This document shows positions 41,315 through 51,496 of a stretch of 52,509 nucleotides of DNA, piece after piece. Under the pieces are notes generated by a model. It was not told the origin of the DNA and did not search any database. It worked only from the letters and a program-made list of their open reading frames with translations. The translations under genes and the position numbers were made by a program. Within the stretch, counting starts at the first letter, position 1, and the number at the start of each line of letters is the position of its first letter. This stretch comes from an uncultured archaeon (GTDB lineage: Archaea > Asgardarchaeota > Lokiarchaeia > Sigyniarchaeales > SOKP01): the NCBI GenBank assembly GCA_964388035.1, contig CAYLZE010000001.1, positions 95,325 through 147,833 on the forward strand. The letters are read 5' to 3'.

Positions 41315-42352
41315 TCATTTAACGCTATCTAGGGTATTTTGAATATCATGGAGTGGATCTTTTTCTAATGTCCCCCAATTCACAAATGGATTTATCATGG
41401 GATTAATTTCTGCCACAGTCTGCTCAAAGCTCTTCTTTTTATCGATTATTTGGCGAAGTTTTTGTCGATAATGAATCATTTTATTCGGTTCGGAAGATAA
41501 GTTCACCTTATTGACTAGAATTACTCCATAGCTTTCTTTAACATTATCATCTATTAAATATTCTTCCAAATATATGACGATTTTATCTTCTTTACTCAAT
41601 TTTATCAATCGAATGTTGGGGCTAAGCCCAGATACGTCAAATAAAAACAAAGTTTCCTTAATTCGTTGTTCGTAATAATTTGGAAGTATGGACATGACAT
41701 AAAAGGAAGGAATACTCTTTAAAATCTCTATTCTATTAACATCCTCCGGATCACAGGTAAATAAACCCGACTCTTTTTTATCTTCGGCTATTTTTCTCTT
41801 AATTACGCCCACGCAATAATATTCTATGGGAGCTTCCCAATAAATTTTACGGGATGATCCGAGGGAATATTCAATTAAACTCAGGCCCCGTTTAAGTTCC
41901 GCTTGAAGGAAGTTTTCAAGTCGGAAATCCTCGCCCATGATCGCTTCTTTTACAACCTTTCCCTGTAAGATGCTTGGGTGTATCAATTTATCCATTTTAT
42001 CATAGATGATCTTAATATCTTCCGTATACGGAGATCCGATAAATGCAAATAAATTCGTGATCTTTCCTTGAAATTGGATGGTTGAATTTAACAAGAAAAA
42101 AGATTGCAGAAAATCTTTAACATTTCCATGCGCTTCATTAATTGATATGGAGGATTCTATTCTTTCAATCGTCCAAGAACTAGTTTCTTTCAAGGCTTTG
42201 GTCAAGAATATAGGTCCTAAATACCTCAAAGATAAAGTGCGAATCCCATCTAGGGCGGACTTGGATAAGGTTCCCGGAACTTTTATTTCCTCGAAAATCA
42301 AATTATTCTCCGTGCAAAAAAAGAGACCTAAAATGTAATTCGCTTCTTTCAT
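41315..42352 (-). CDS. Hypothetical protein (possible longin/sensor-like alpha-beta domains)
   Basis: 345-aa ORF; fold guess rests only on the hydrophobic strand/helix pattern. Confidence 0.7.
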   Translation of the reverse strand: MKEANYILGLFFCTENNLIFEEIKVPGTLSKSALDGIRTLSLRYLGPIFLTKALKETSSWTIERIESSISINEAHGNVKDFLQSFFLLNSTIQFQGKITNLFAFIGSPYTEDIKIIYDKMDKLIHPSILQGKVVKEAIMGEDFRLENFLQAELKRGLSLIEYSLGSSRKIYWEAPIEYYCVGVIKRKIAEDKKESGLFTCDPEDVNRIEILKSIPSFYVMSILPNYYEQRIKETLFLFDVSGLSPNIRLIKLSKEDKIVIYLEEYLIDDNVKESYGVILVNKVNLSSEPNKMIHYRQKLRQIIDKKKSFEQTVAEINPMINPFVNWGTLEKDPLHDIQNTLDSVK

Positions 42353-42545
42353 GTTACCTTGGTGTACATGCCATAATAAGTGATTTAATAAAAAATATCT
42401 TTCTTTTATGACTGATGGTGAGAATTTATTTTAAAGCACACTAAGAAAATTTTGCATATTTCAATAATTAAATTATAGGCAGGTATATTATTTAATATAG
42501 CTATTGCATGTATATTAATTAATTCCAACAAAAAAATAGATCTTC

Positions 42546-43385
42546 ATGATTTCCCCCAAATCTCTAACATTTAATCAAAATTCCTGTAAAAAGCCTTCTC
42601 CCCTCGAAGAATTTCTCCAAAAAACTCAAATTTTTAAGGGCGTGGAATTGAACTATGAAAGTATTAAAACGGAATTATCCGATAATTTCAAGTTAAAAGA
42701 GTTGGCTGAAATCCTACAAGTATATGATCATGAGGCCGTAAGCATTTTCTCCTTAGAAGACTTTTCCTTAAGTTCTGATGAAAACTTTAAATCAAAAATT
42801 ATTCCGCAGCTGAAGGAGATGATGGATTTTTGTTATAAATTAGAATGTGATTTAATTACAGTCCATCCTTCATCAATAGATTTGGAATTGCATGGCAGCG
42901 ATCCTCCAAAATGGAGAATTATAAAAAGAACCACGAAACGACTTCAAGCAATAGCAAAAATGGCATGGGAGGAAGATATTAATATCGGATTTGAAATGGT
43001 AAGTGATGCAAAGAGTTCAATTCAGACGATTGAAAATGCAATGGAAGTGCTGAATCCCCTGAAGTCCCAAGAGAATGTGGGATACATAATAGATTTATTT
43101 CATTTGATTAAAACACAAACTGATTTTACTTTGCTTGCCCCTATTAAGGAATTTATTTTTCTTGTTCAGATATGTGATTTCAAAAATAATGCGGAACAAA
43201 AACCGGGAGAATTAACAGAAGAAGACAGAATTCTGCCAGGTCAGGGAAATTATAATTTTAAACAGTTCTTCACCTCATTACATAAAATTCGATACAGAAA
43301 AAGAATCTCGGTAGAAGGATTCCAATGCGAAGAATGTGATGCTACTGCAATAAAGGAAGCTTATCAAGTTTTATTGAACTTTTGA
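42546..43385 (+). CDS. Sugar-phosphate isomerase/epimerase-family TIM barrel (IolI/IolE-like)
   Basis: GFE, IDLFH, VQICD, RILPGQG and SVEGF motifs. Confidence 0.82.
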   Translation: MISPKSLTFNQNSCKKPSPLEEFLQKTQIFKGVELNYESIKTELSDNFKLKELAEILQVYDHEAVSIFSLEDFSLSSDENFKSKIIPQLKEMMDFCYKLECDLITVHPSSIDLELHGSDPPKWRIIKRTTKRLQAIAKMAWEEDINIGFEMVSDAKSSIQTIENAMEVLNPLKSQENVGYIIDLFHLIKTQTDFTLLAPIKEFIFLVQICDFKNNAEQKPGELTEEDRILPGQGNYNFKQFFTSLHKIRYRKRISVEGFQCEECDATAIKEAYQVLLNF

Positions 43386-43586
43386 GAAGTAAATCTAATT
43401 AGAGTTGCTGTAATCAATTATTACATGTGTTGGTTTATCCATTTGGAGCAATTAAGGTATTTTCTTTAATGCAGATTTTAAAAATCTAAGAATTTATTTA
43501 ATAAGAATTTTAATTATTTATATAAATTAGTTTTCTTTACTATTACACGTAATATAAACTATTAACCAAAATCTATGTTGATTTGA

Positions 43587-44114
43587 ATGCCATCCTCTTA
43601 TGATTATACATTCAAGTTTCTTTTGCTAGGAGATGCCTCAGTGGGCAAAACTTCCTTCACAAAACGGTATTGTTATAATATTTTCAACCCATCCGAACGC
43701 TTAACTATAGGAGTTGATTTTCATGTCAAGACCATTGATTTACGAGGCAAGAAGATAAAACTCCAAATTTGGGACATCGGAGGCGAGGCCAGGTTCCGAT
43801 TTCTACTTCCAACTTACTGTTTGGGTGCAAATGGCGCATTTTTGTTGTATGATATATCACGTTCCTCTACTTTAGAAAACATACAGGAGTGGATTTCTAT
43901 TGTTAGACAAAAAGCAGGACCGATTCCCATCATGCTTCTTGGTTCTAAAACCGATTTAGCACCTTCCCAAAGAAAAATAACTTCTGAATTTGGACTTCAA
44001 ATCGCACAGAAAAATGATATTGCAGCTTTTGCAGAAATTAGCTCAAAAAATAACGTGAATATTGATGAAACCTTTGACACGCTTACCAAGCTAACCTTGG
44101 AAAAAATGGAATAG
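43587..44114 (+). CDS. Rab-like small GTPase (Ras superfamily)
   Basis: G1 GDASVGKT, G2/RabF1 TIGVDF, RabF2 KLQIW, G3 DIGGE, RabF4-like YCLGA, G4 SKTD, G5 SSK. Confidence 0.95.
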   Translation: MPSSYDYTFKFLLLGDASVGKTSFTKRYCYNIFNPSERLTIGVDFHVKTIDLRGKKIKLQIWDIGGEARFRFLLPTYCLGANGAFLLYDISRSSTLENIQEWISIVRQKAGPIPIMLLGSKTDLAPSQRKITSEFGLQIAQKNDIAAFAEISSKNNVNIDETFDTLTKLTLEKME

Positions 44115-44119
44115 TTGAG

Positions 44120-45094
44120 GTGATCAATGTGGAAGAAGGAGAATTCTTAATTCTTAGCCAATTATTTGATTCAATTGGGATAGTAGAAAAAGGAATTGAG
44201 AGGATTTATGATTATCTTTTAAGAAATAAAAAAATTGAAAACCTCAATGAAGTGTGCGAACAAAATGGACTTTCCTTAAAACGAGGATACAAGATATGTT
44301 CGGTATTAAATGATCTCAATCTAGTTCAAATCTATGACCGACCCATGAAAATCTTCCTTCAGACGGAAGTCGTTGCCCGTTGGCAAGAATTAATTAACCT
44401 TCGCATCGAAAAACTTCAAAAAGAATTTCAAGAGCAGAAAGAAAAATGTGAATTAAACCTAGAGGAATTTTTAAAAAACTATGATTTAAAGGAAAAGGAG
44501 ATACAAGAGCCCGTAGAATTTTATGGGTTGAATATTCCCAATTTTTCGGAGATTTTAAGAAATTACAAAGTCGCGAGTTCTGAATGTCGCATAGCAATTG
44601 GAATCCATTATGAGAATCCTTTAATATCCTTGATTAAAAAAGAACAAAAAGATGATATTCAAAAGCTATTAAAAAACGAAATCCTTCCCGAAATTCTATC
44701 TGTGGAACCCAATTTAAGGAAGTTAAATGTAATCCTCGTATTGAATGAAGAGCTATTTATAGAATTGATTAATAGCAGTGAATATGCCTTATTAAATGAA
44801 CTCATCAATTCCATGGATTTAAAAGTTAATAAAATCGATGCAAGGATCACGAATGTAAATTTCAGCAATTTTAGTCTAACAGATGACGAGCTTATCCAGC
44901 CAAGCTTCGATCCCACGAACCAACTAATCGGTTGTTATATTTCAAGAAATAAGAATATTTATCAAATCTTTTCGGATAAATTTAACGAGATAAGTAAAAA
45001 TGGCATTTCACTGAAGGATTTTGTAAAACAGAATAAATCTATTCCCTTGGATTCCATTTCAGAGAAGACTTTCTTAACCTTAAGCTTATTGTAA
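44120..45094 (+). CDS. TrmB-like winged-HTH transcriptional regulator
   Basis: N-terminal RIYDYLL...LNEVCEQNGLSLKRGYKICSVLNDLNLV wHTH, then a coiled coil and an alpha/beta domain; GAGGTGA SD suggests a GTG 44129 start. Confidence 0.65.
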   Translation: MINVEEGEFLILSQLFDSIGIVEKGIERIYDYLLRNKKIENLNEVCEQNGLSLKRGYKICSVLNDLNLVQIYDRPMKIFLQTEVVARWQELINLRIEKLQKEFQEQKEKCELNLEEFLKNYDLKEKEIQEPVEFYGLNIPNFSEILRNYKVASSECRIAIGIHYENPLISLIKKEQKDDIQKLLKNEILPEILSVEPNLRKLNVILVLNEELFIELINSSEYALLNELINSMDLKVNKIDARITNVNFSNFSLTDDELIQPSFDPTNQLIGCYISRNKNIYQIFSDKFNEISKNGISLKDFVKQNKSIPLDSISEKTFLTLSLL

Positions 45095-45178
45095 TTAAGG
45101 AAATCTTTTCTTGAACGCTTATTCTAATATCAATTCCCTTAATAAAGAGAAATCAAATATAAAAGGAGTTAAAAAAAA

Positions 45179-46720
45179 TTATTTATTATTATTAAGTTCT
45201 TTTTTAAACTGCATGGCCTTTCTGAACTTCTTTAGCTGCTCTCGGGGTGTAACCGTAGGTCGTTCATAACGTTTTAGTTTGGATTTAATTCCAAAAAGAT
45301 ATTTGGCAATATCCTTCAGCTTTTCAGTATCGTAGCGCATCATCATGGTAATGGTTTCCATTTGGGGGCTACCCCCACCATGAAGGCCTGCTACCTGCAT
45401 TAGGCCCGCTAGTTCCGAGACAGCCAGCGCTTCAATACCCTTGAAGCATTTATACACGTTCTCTGGCTTGACCCTCGGGTTGCGCTGCATGTATTTCATG
45501 GCAAGTTCTCCGACTTCTTCAGAAAAAAAGGAACCCTCTAATGGAAGAGTAGCGATAAGGCCACCGGATAAATCGGCAAGCAATTTATATTCTTCATAAA
45601 TCATCTCTCCAGCAAGCCTCCTTCCTGCATTGGTTAATATTTCATCCGGTACTTGAGTGCCGGAAGGGGCTTTTTCAGAATGCTTAGCGCTGGACTCTCC
45701 GGCTGCAAATACTAATTCTGCGGTGCCAATAATGTGAGAAATTTTATCTTGCGCATGAGAAGCCTTTTCAATTCCATTGTATTCTGCAACTAAAGCTGCT
45801 GAACTAGCTATTACCTCAGAAACTGCAGGTTTACATCCTGTATAACTATGGCGATGATAATGTGCAAACATGAGGGCAAGGAATCCTGCATATGCGGTCT
45901 GTCGGGGGTCTCCATTTCCATTTAAGAAAACTCTTTCATTTGGGACAAAAACATCATCAAAAATAATAAAAGTCTCCGCATCCCCCAAATTCATTGTGGG
46001 AATGTCGTAATGCTCGCTTTTATGTTGATATGCCGGGCGAGTTAATAACTTTACTCCATCCCAATCACACGGCAAAGCGAAAGCCACGGCATAATCATTA
46101 TCTTCAGGTCCCATATATCGACAAGGGACAACAATCATCTCATCGGCATAAGGCGTGTTAGTAATATTGCACTTGGCGCCCCGTACGATTATCCCATCCT
46201 CACGAGTTTCCACTACCCTTAAATACATGTCGGGATCGGCTTGTTCGTGAGGTCTTTTCAACCTATCTCCCTTGACATCTGTTTGAGCGCAACTAGCTAC
46301 TAAATCATTTTCCTGAAAATACTCCATGTACTTTTTAAATCTTTGATAATAATCCGTTCCCAATGCCTCGTCCATTTCATATGTGATGACAGATAATCCA
46401 TTCAATGCATCAATTCCCATGCACCTTTGTATGCATCCTCCCACGCGATGACAGAGTAAGCGCGTCATGCGTTGTTTCTTTAACAGATCATCTTCACTCT
46501 GATGAATGTGACAAAATCTATTTATTTTTTTTCCAGTTAGGTGAGAAGTAGCCGTGCATACATCTTCATAGTCCGGATCTTGGGCTCTATCAAATGTCTC
46601 TCTAATGATATACATGCCTCCCGCAAGTCTAGGATCATCTCTGCCCACTTTTTCATCACCGATATACACGTTAGGTTTCATCTTATATAATTTGTCTAGA
46701 TATTCCTGATAAGTTCTCAT
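45179..46720 (-). CDS. abfD: 4-hydroxybutyryl-CoA dehydratase (HpaB/AbfD family)
   Basis: CIQRCMGID, QTDVKGDR, HRHSYTGCK (3 Cys + His Fe-S ligands) and HGGGS motifs. Confidence 0.88.
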   Translation of the reverse strand: MRTYQEYLDKLYKMKPNVYIGDEKVGRDDPRLAGGMYIIRETFDRAQDPDYEDVCTATSHLTGKKINRFCHIHQSEDDLLKKQRMTRLLCHRVGGCIQRCMGIDALNGLSVITYEMDEALGTDYYQRFKKYMEYFQENDLVASCAQTDVKGDRLKRPHEQADPDMYLRVVETREDGIIVRGAKCNITNTPYADEMIVVPCRYMGPEDNDYAVAFALPCDWDGVKLLTRPAYQHKSEHYDIPTMNLGDAETFIIFDDVFVPNERVFLNGNGDPRQTAYAGFLALMFAHYHRHSYTGCKPAVSEVIASSAALVAEYNGIEKASHAQDKISHIIGTAELVFAAGESSAKHSEKAPSGTQVPDEILTNAGRRLAGEMIYEEYKLLADLSGGLIATLPLEGSFFSEEVGELAMKYMQRNPRVKPENVYKCFKGIEALAVSELAGLMQVAGLHGGGSPQMETITMMMRYDTEKLKDIAKYLFGIKSKLKRYERPTVTPREQLKKFRKAMQFKKELNNNK

Positions 46721-47096
46721 ATAATCACTTTCTTAGTTTTATTGATCAATATGAATAGTGAATCTATTCTTAAATATACTATTTACGCTAACATAAAGAA
46801 TATAATCATTATAATGAAATGGAATTTTTGCATTTCATTTTATATCATGAAAAGAAAGCCATTATCTTTCTTGAAAATTCGCTTAGAATCTTATATGCGT
46901 TCTTAAATTTATCCGTTTTTTAAAACACAATAAAGACAGAAAATAAAATAATAAAATAGAAATTCACGACAGAGAATTAATAAATACGATGTGAAAAGAT
47001 CCACAAATCTCAAATCTTCATGAGCCCGTAAGTTATCAAGACTTATTGATTATTAAAGAAATCATCAAGTTTATTACATAATTTTTTTTATTGAAT

Positions 47097-48464
47097 ATGA
47101 AATTAAGAGAAATGCATGAAAAAGGTGTTAAAAGATTGACAGAAGTATATATTGTTGATACCAAACAAGGAGTATCCTCTGCAGTCAAGGAAATGTTTTC
47201 CCATCTGGAAAAAACGGGACCCCTATTAAAATCTAGTAAAGAAGTTTTCATTAAAGTTAATGGAATAGATTATAAAAAACACGTCTACACTTCCCCCGAA
47301 GTGCTGGAAGCCGTTATCAATTATTTAAATGAACTCGGCGCAAAAGTCCACGTCATGGAAAATTCCACGCAAGCTAACATGACACGAGTGGTATTCGCCA
47401 TAAATGGATATAAAGACGTTTGTGAAAGAACGGGAGCAAAAATTATTTATTTGGATGAAGAAGATACTAAATCCTTCGAATTTAAGGGAAAATTCTCAAT
47501 AGAAAAAGATTCTAAAGGATATAAATTAAAAACTTTTCGCTTACCCTCGACAATTGTAAAAATTATAGAAAATAGGGATGAGGTGACCTATATTAACATC
47601 CCAAAGCTTAAGACTCATAGCATGGCACGTGTTACGCTTGGAATAAAAAATCAATGGGGCTTTCCACAGCATGAAGACCGTGGTAAAGATCATAACTTTA
47701 ACTTGCATTCAAAACTCGTGGATGTATACGAGTATATCCGGCCTGATATTACATTAATTGACGGGATTGAGGGAACAATCCACGGCCATTACCCACCCAC
47801 AGCTTTCGTGGACCGCCTTGTAAAACAATTCAATATCCTCATAGGTGGAAGAGATACTCTTTCCGTGGACGTTGTAGGCGCAAGAGTGTTTGGATTATCA
47901 ATTGATGAAGTACCTCATTTGAAGATTGCTCAAGAGCGAGAATTAGGGGAAGGAGATCTAAATAAAATCCATGTCATTGGGAAGAATCTGGAGGACTATA
48001 AGGAAAAATATGGATGGAATTTATTACAAGAGTTTCCTGATAACGTGAAAGTCGTTATAGGTAAACAGCTGGCATGCATTGAAGGATGCGTCAATAATCC
48101 AATGGCAACCCTGCAAGGATTTGCCTATGATTATCCAGACAAGTTTAAAGGCGGATGGTTCATAGTAATGGGAAAGGGACACGATGAAAATATCGTGGAA
48201 CAACTGAAAGCAGAGGGATACACTAAAGGGCTCGTGGCAGGGTATTGTGCCATAGATGAAGTGGGAGAAAAACTCAAAAATGCATTCGGAAAGAGAAAAG
48301 TCTTTTTTTCCGGAGATTGTAACAACCTTGCCGAAACGGTGAGAGCAGAACTTAAATTAGCAGGCATGACCGTCTTCGATTTGGTTCCCATTCCTACAGA
48401 GCAACTCATGGCCCTAGTTGACGATGCATTAAAGCACGGTAGTACTGCTTTGACACCTCTCTAA
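47097..48464 (+). CDS. DUF362-domain protein with Cys-containing C-terminal domain
   Basis: VFIKVN, TSPEV, NIPKLKTH, TLGIKN and LIDGI motifs; C-terminal CIEGC/GYC/GDC. Confidence 0.85.
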   Translation: MKLREMHEKGVKRLTEVYIVDTKQGVSSAVKEMFSHLEKTGPLLKSSKEVFIKVNGIDYKKHVYTSPEVLEAVINYLNELGAKVHVMENSTQANMTRVVFAINGYKDVCERTGAKIIYLDEEDTKSFEFKGKFSIEKDSKGYKLKTFRLPSTIVKIIENRDEVTYINIPKLKTHSMARVTLGIKNQWGFPQHEDRGKDHNFNLHSKLVDVYEYIRPDITLIDGIEGTIHGHYPPTAFVDRLVKQFNILIGGRDTLSVDVVGARVFGLSIDEVPHLKIAQERELGEGDLNKIHVIGKNLEDYKEKYGWNLLQEFPDNVKVVIGKQLACIEGCVNNPMATLQGFAYDYPDKFKGGWFIVMGKGHDENIVEQLKAEGYTKGLVAGYCAIDEVGEKLKNAFGKRKVFFSGDCNNLAETVRAELKLAGMTVFDLVPIPTEQLMALVDDALKHGSTALTPL

Positions 48465-48586
48465 TCCTAAAATATAACCTCTCGATGCTATTGATTTTAA
48501 GCTATTACCTTATTTTTTTAAAAATAATCCATAATCTTATTATAATAGCTTTCACGTGATTTTATTAAACTTAATCAACTTTATTT

Positions 48587-49825
48587 ATGAGAATACAACG
48601 AGATACTATAACGGTATTAAATCTATCAGCAGTTTCCTTTTTAGTGCTACTCGGATTGAGCATCGTGGCTCCTATTCTTCCGGAATACGCGGAAACCTTT
48701 AATGTAAGCTACACGCTTGTGGGATTAATTGTCTCAGCATTTGGCATAGGACGCATATTTCTTGATTTGCCCGCGGGATCATTGGCACGAAAATACAATA
48801 AAAAAGTGATCATGATTTTTGGGCTAAGTCTTGTAATTATTTCCTCAATTATGGCCGGATTAGCACCAAATTATTCTATTCTACTATTAGCACGATTTAT
48901 TGAGGGAATTGGTTCCGCTCTTTATGTAACAACAGCCACAATTTTTATTGCCTTAGTAGCATCTCCTGAACGAAGAGGTCGATTAATGAGCATTTTCACG
49001 GGCTCTTTTCTTCTTGGGTCCATTTTTGGTCCTAGTTTCGGAGGATTTATAGCCACTTTATATGGTATACGTGCTCCCTTCTTTGTTTATGCTATAGTTG
49101 TGACGATAGGATTAATTCCAACCTTCATGCTTCCAAGAGCTAGCAATCCTTTTAGCGAAGGGGGCTTTACCCTTCGAGAAATTCCCCGTAAAGCTTGGAA
49201 AAGCTTGAAAGATCGCAATTTTCTCCTGATTTTTCCTGCAATTTTTTCCCTTTTCTTCATCCGGACGGGGGTTAGAAGTACCCTCGTTCCATTATATGGT
49301 GGAAATGTACTGGGATTAAATGAAAGTGATATTGGAATCCTTATCACCCTCGCCGGTATTGCTACAATGGCAACAATCTTACCCATCGGCAATATATCGG
49401 ATCGAATAGGTCGAAGGAGACCGCTTATCTCATGTCTCATTCTTGCGGCACCTGTAACCGTCCTAATTCCATTTACCAAAAACATGCTTAGCCTTTCCAT
49501 CTGCTTGTTAGCATACGGGGCAATAATTGGGTTATCAGGACCCATTGCTGCTTATGTTACCGATATTTCGCCACCTGATCAAATAGAACTTTACATGGGT
49601 GTTTACCGAACCATAGGTGATATCGGGTTTGTTATTGGGCCATTATTGCTGGGATTCATAGCAGACCTCACCAGCACGCCTGCCGTCGTGGGAGGCAAGA
49701 TAGTAAATTTGGTGGGATGGCCGCCCTTTGTCGTTGCGGCATGTATCATGATAATATCAGGGCTTTTTCTCCTAAAGGCACCAGATCCTGCATTAAATAA
49801 AAAATTGAAATCTTTCGAACCCTAA
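48587..49825 (+). CDS. MFS transporter (DHA1-like)
   Basis: About 12 TM; ARFIEGIG and motif A GNISDRIGRR. Confidence 0.9.
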   Translation: MRIQRDTITVLNLSAVSFLVLLGLSIVAPILPEYAETFNVSYTLVGLIVSAFGIGRIFLDLPAGSLARKYNKKVIMIFGLSLVIISSIMAGLAPNYSILLLARFIEGIGSALYVTTATIFIALVASPERRGRLMSIFTGSFLLGSIFGPSFGGFIATLYGIRAPFFVYAIVVTIGLIPTFMLPRASNPFSEGGFTLREIPRKAWKSLKDRNFLLIFPAIFSLFFIRTGVRSTLVPLYGGNVLGLNESDIGILITLAGIATMATILPIGNISDRIGRRRPLISCLILAAPVTVLIPFTKNMLSLSICLLAYGAIIGLSGPIAAYVTDISPPDQIELYMGVYRTIGDIGFVIGPLLLGFIADLTSTPAVVGGKIVNLVGWPPFVVAACIMIISGLFLLKAPDPALNKKLKSFEP

Positions 49826-50010
49826 TCCCCAACCTTAACCTCTCTCATCAAGAAGAAATTTAAGTATAAGAACTACTTCTAAAGATGTTTGAAATTACTA
49901 CTTTTGATTTTATTATGGGAAGAGAGAACTTTTCTTCACTATAGAGAATCTACTAAATTCAAAAAACTAAAAACTCTAAAATTTATTTTCCTTTTCTTCA
50001 AATTAATTTC

Positions 50011-50589
50011 TCATGGTTTATTGACAATTGTTTTAGCGGTGGGGTCTTTTTCATAACCAAAATGATTCCCATGAATACCGTTTAAAATGAGCATGGAATT
50101 TTCACCCATCAGCGCCCCACAATAATCTCCTACTGCACCTTTTATCTCTAAAACCCTTTTACTGGGCAATAAATATCCTATAAAATCAAGGGAAAATCCT
50201 ATTTCCTTTCGATCGTAAAAAGTCTCTATCATGGGCTTATTAGCATCTCTAGCATCATTTATCACTTTTAAACAAAAGGGTTCTAAATTTAAATTTATCT
50301 GATCGCGTTGTTCAAATAATCTCGTTAAGAGTGCATTAATGAATAGTCCGGCAATTACGGGGAAAAATGGTTTACGATTGAATTTACAAGCCTCATTATC
50401 TAAAAGTGCTTGAATATCTTCTAAATTAAAAGACTCAAATGTTTGAACCATTTCTACAAATTCTTGATAAATTGCGAAGACTTTATCCAAGATTTCTTCG
50501 GGTATGTTCATTGAGACTTCCACGACTTTATCCAAAAGCCCATAATACTGAAATATTTCATTAAGGGCTTGTGTCAATTCCAAATTCAT
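50011..50589 (-). CDS. Hypothetical protein with short C-terminal GXGXG-like (FwdC/GltB-type) repeats
   Basis: LEIKGAVGDYCGALM and LILNGIHGNHFG. Confidence 0.65.
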   Translation of the reverse strand: MNLELTQALNEIFQYYGLLDKVVEVSMNIPEEILDKVFAIYQEFVEMVQTFESFNLEDIQALLDNEACKFNRKPFFPVIAGLFINALLTRLFEQRDQINLNLEPFCLKVINDARDANKPMIETFYDRKEIGFSLDFIGYLLPSKRVLEIKGAVGDYCGALMGENSMLILNGIHGNHFGYEKDPTAKTIVNKP

Positions 50590-50743
50590 ATCTGCATATT
50601 TGTGGTAAAAACGGTCATATTTAAAATTAGTTTTTCAGAAAAAAAGCTTTTTAAAATATTTAAGAAAAACTTTCAAATAGGAGAAAAATTATTGTTATAA
50701 AATAAAGTAAAAATTAATTCACTTAGTTAAAGTGAACTAAAAC

Positions 50744-51466
50744 TTGAGAAAAGTATTGGTCTTGTTTGGAATCGTGCATTGGGGATTAATCGGATTTTTA
50801 ATTTACTTATTTATAGTTCCCTTGCAAGTAAGCTGGGTGTGGGTGTTAACTGGAGTTCTATTGTACACGGTTTTTTTCGTATTAGTAATTGTAAGGATTC
50901 TGCGACATTATTACCATTTCCCAATTCCCTCTATAATTACACGTGTTATTGACAATCCCCTCCGAAGGAGATTTATTCAAAATCCTGATGTTATAGCGGA
51001 ACGCATGCAACTTAAACCCGGCATGAAAGTTGTTGAAATCGGTCCAGGTAAGGGATCCTACACCAAAGCAGTAGCAAAAAGGATTTTGCCAGATGGAAAA
51101 GTATTTGCGGTAGATATATCAGAACGAGTGATAGACCATTTGAAACAAATCATTGAAAAAGAAGGAATCGACAATATCATTCCTAAGATTGAAGATGCTT
51201 ATAATTTTACGTTTTCTGATCAGAGTTTTGACCGAATATTTGCAGTTGCCTGCTTACCGGAGATCCCTGAACCAGTGAGAGTTTTAAAGGAATGCCGAAG
51301 AATATTAAAGCCAGATGGTTTAATCTCTCTCTGTGAATTATTTGTAGATCCCGATTATCCTCGTCGAAAAACTGAAAAAAGATGGGCAGATGAAGCACGA
51401 CTTGAATTGGCTAATGAGTTTGGCGGTTGGGGTGCTTATCAGCTAAACTTTAGCAAAAAAACTTAG
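50744..51466 (+). CDS. Class I SAM-dependent methyltransferase with N-terminal TM helices
   Basis: VVEIGPGKG, FAVDIS, SFDRI and RILKPDG motifs; hydrophobic first 55 aa. Confidence 0.9.
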   Translation: MRKVLVLFGIVHWGLIGFLIYLFIVPLQVSWVWVLTGVLLYTVFFVLVIVRILRHYYHFPIPSIITRVIDNPLRRRFIQNPDVIAERMQLKPGMKVVEIGPGKGSYTKAVAKRILPDGKVFAVDISERVIDHLKQIIEKEGIDNIIPKIEDAYNFTFSDQSFDRIFAVACLPEIPEPVRVLKECRRILKPDGLISLCELFVDPDYPRRKTEKRWADEARLELANEFGGWGAYQLNFSKKT

Positions 51467-51496
51467 GAATCTTAATTATAAGGAGGGGATGTTTTA

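Noticed and set aside
43587-44114. Eukaryotic contamination as the source of the Rab-like and LRR genes
   Set aside because: No introns, SD-like motifs nearby, operon-like spacing, composition matching the neighbours, and no prenylation motif.
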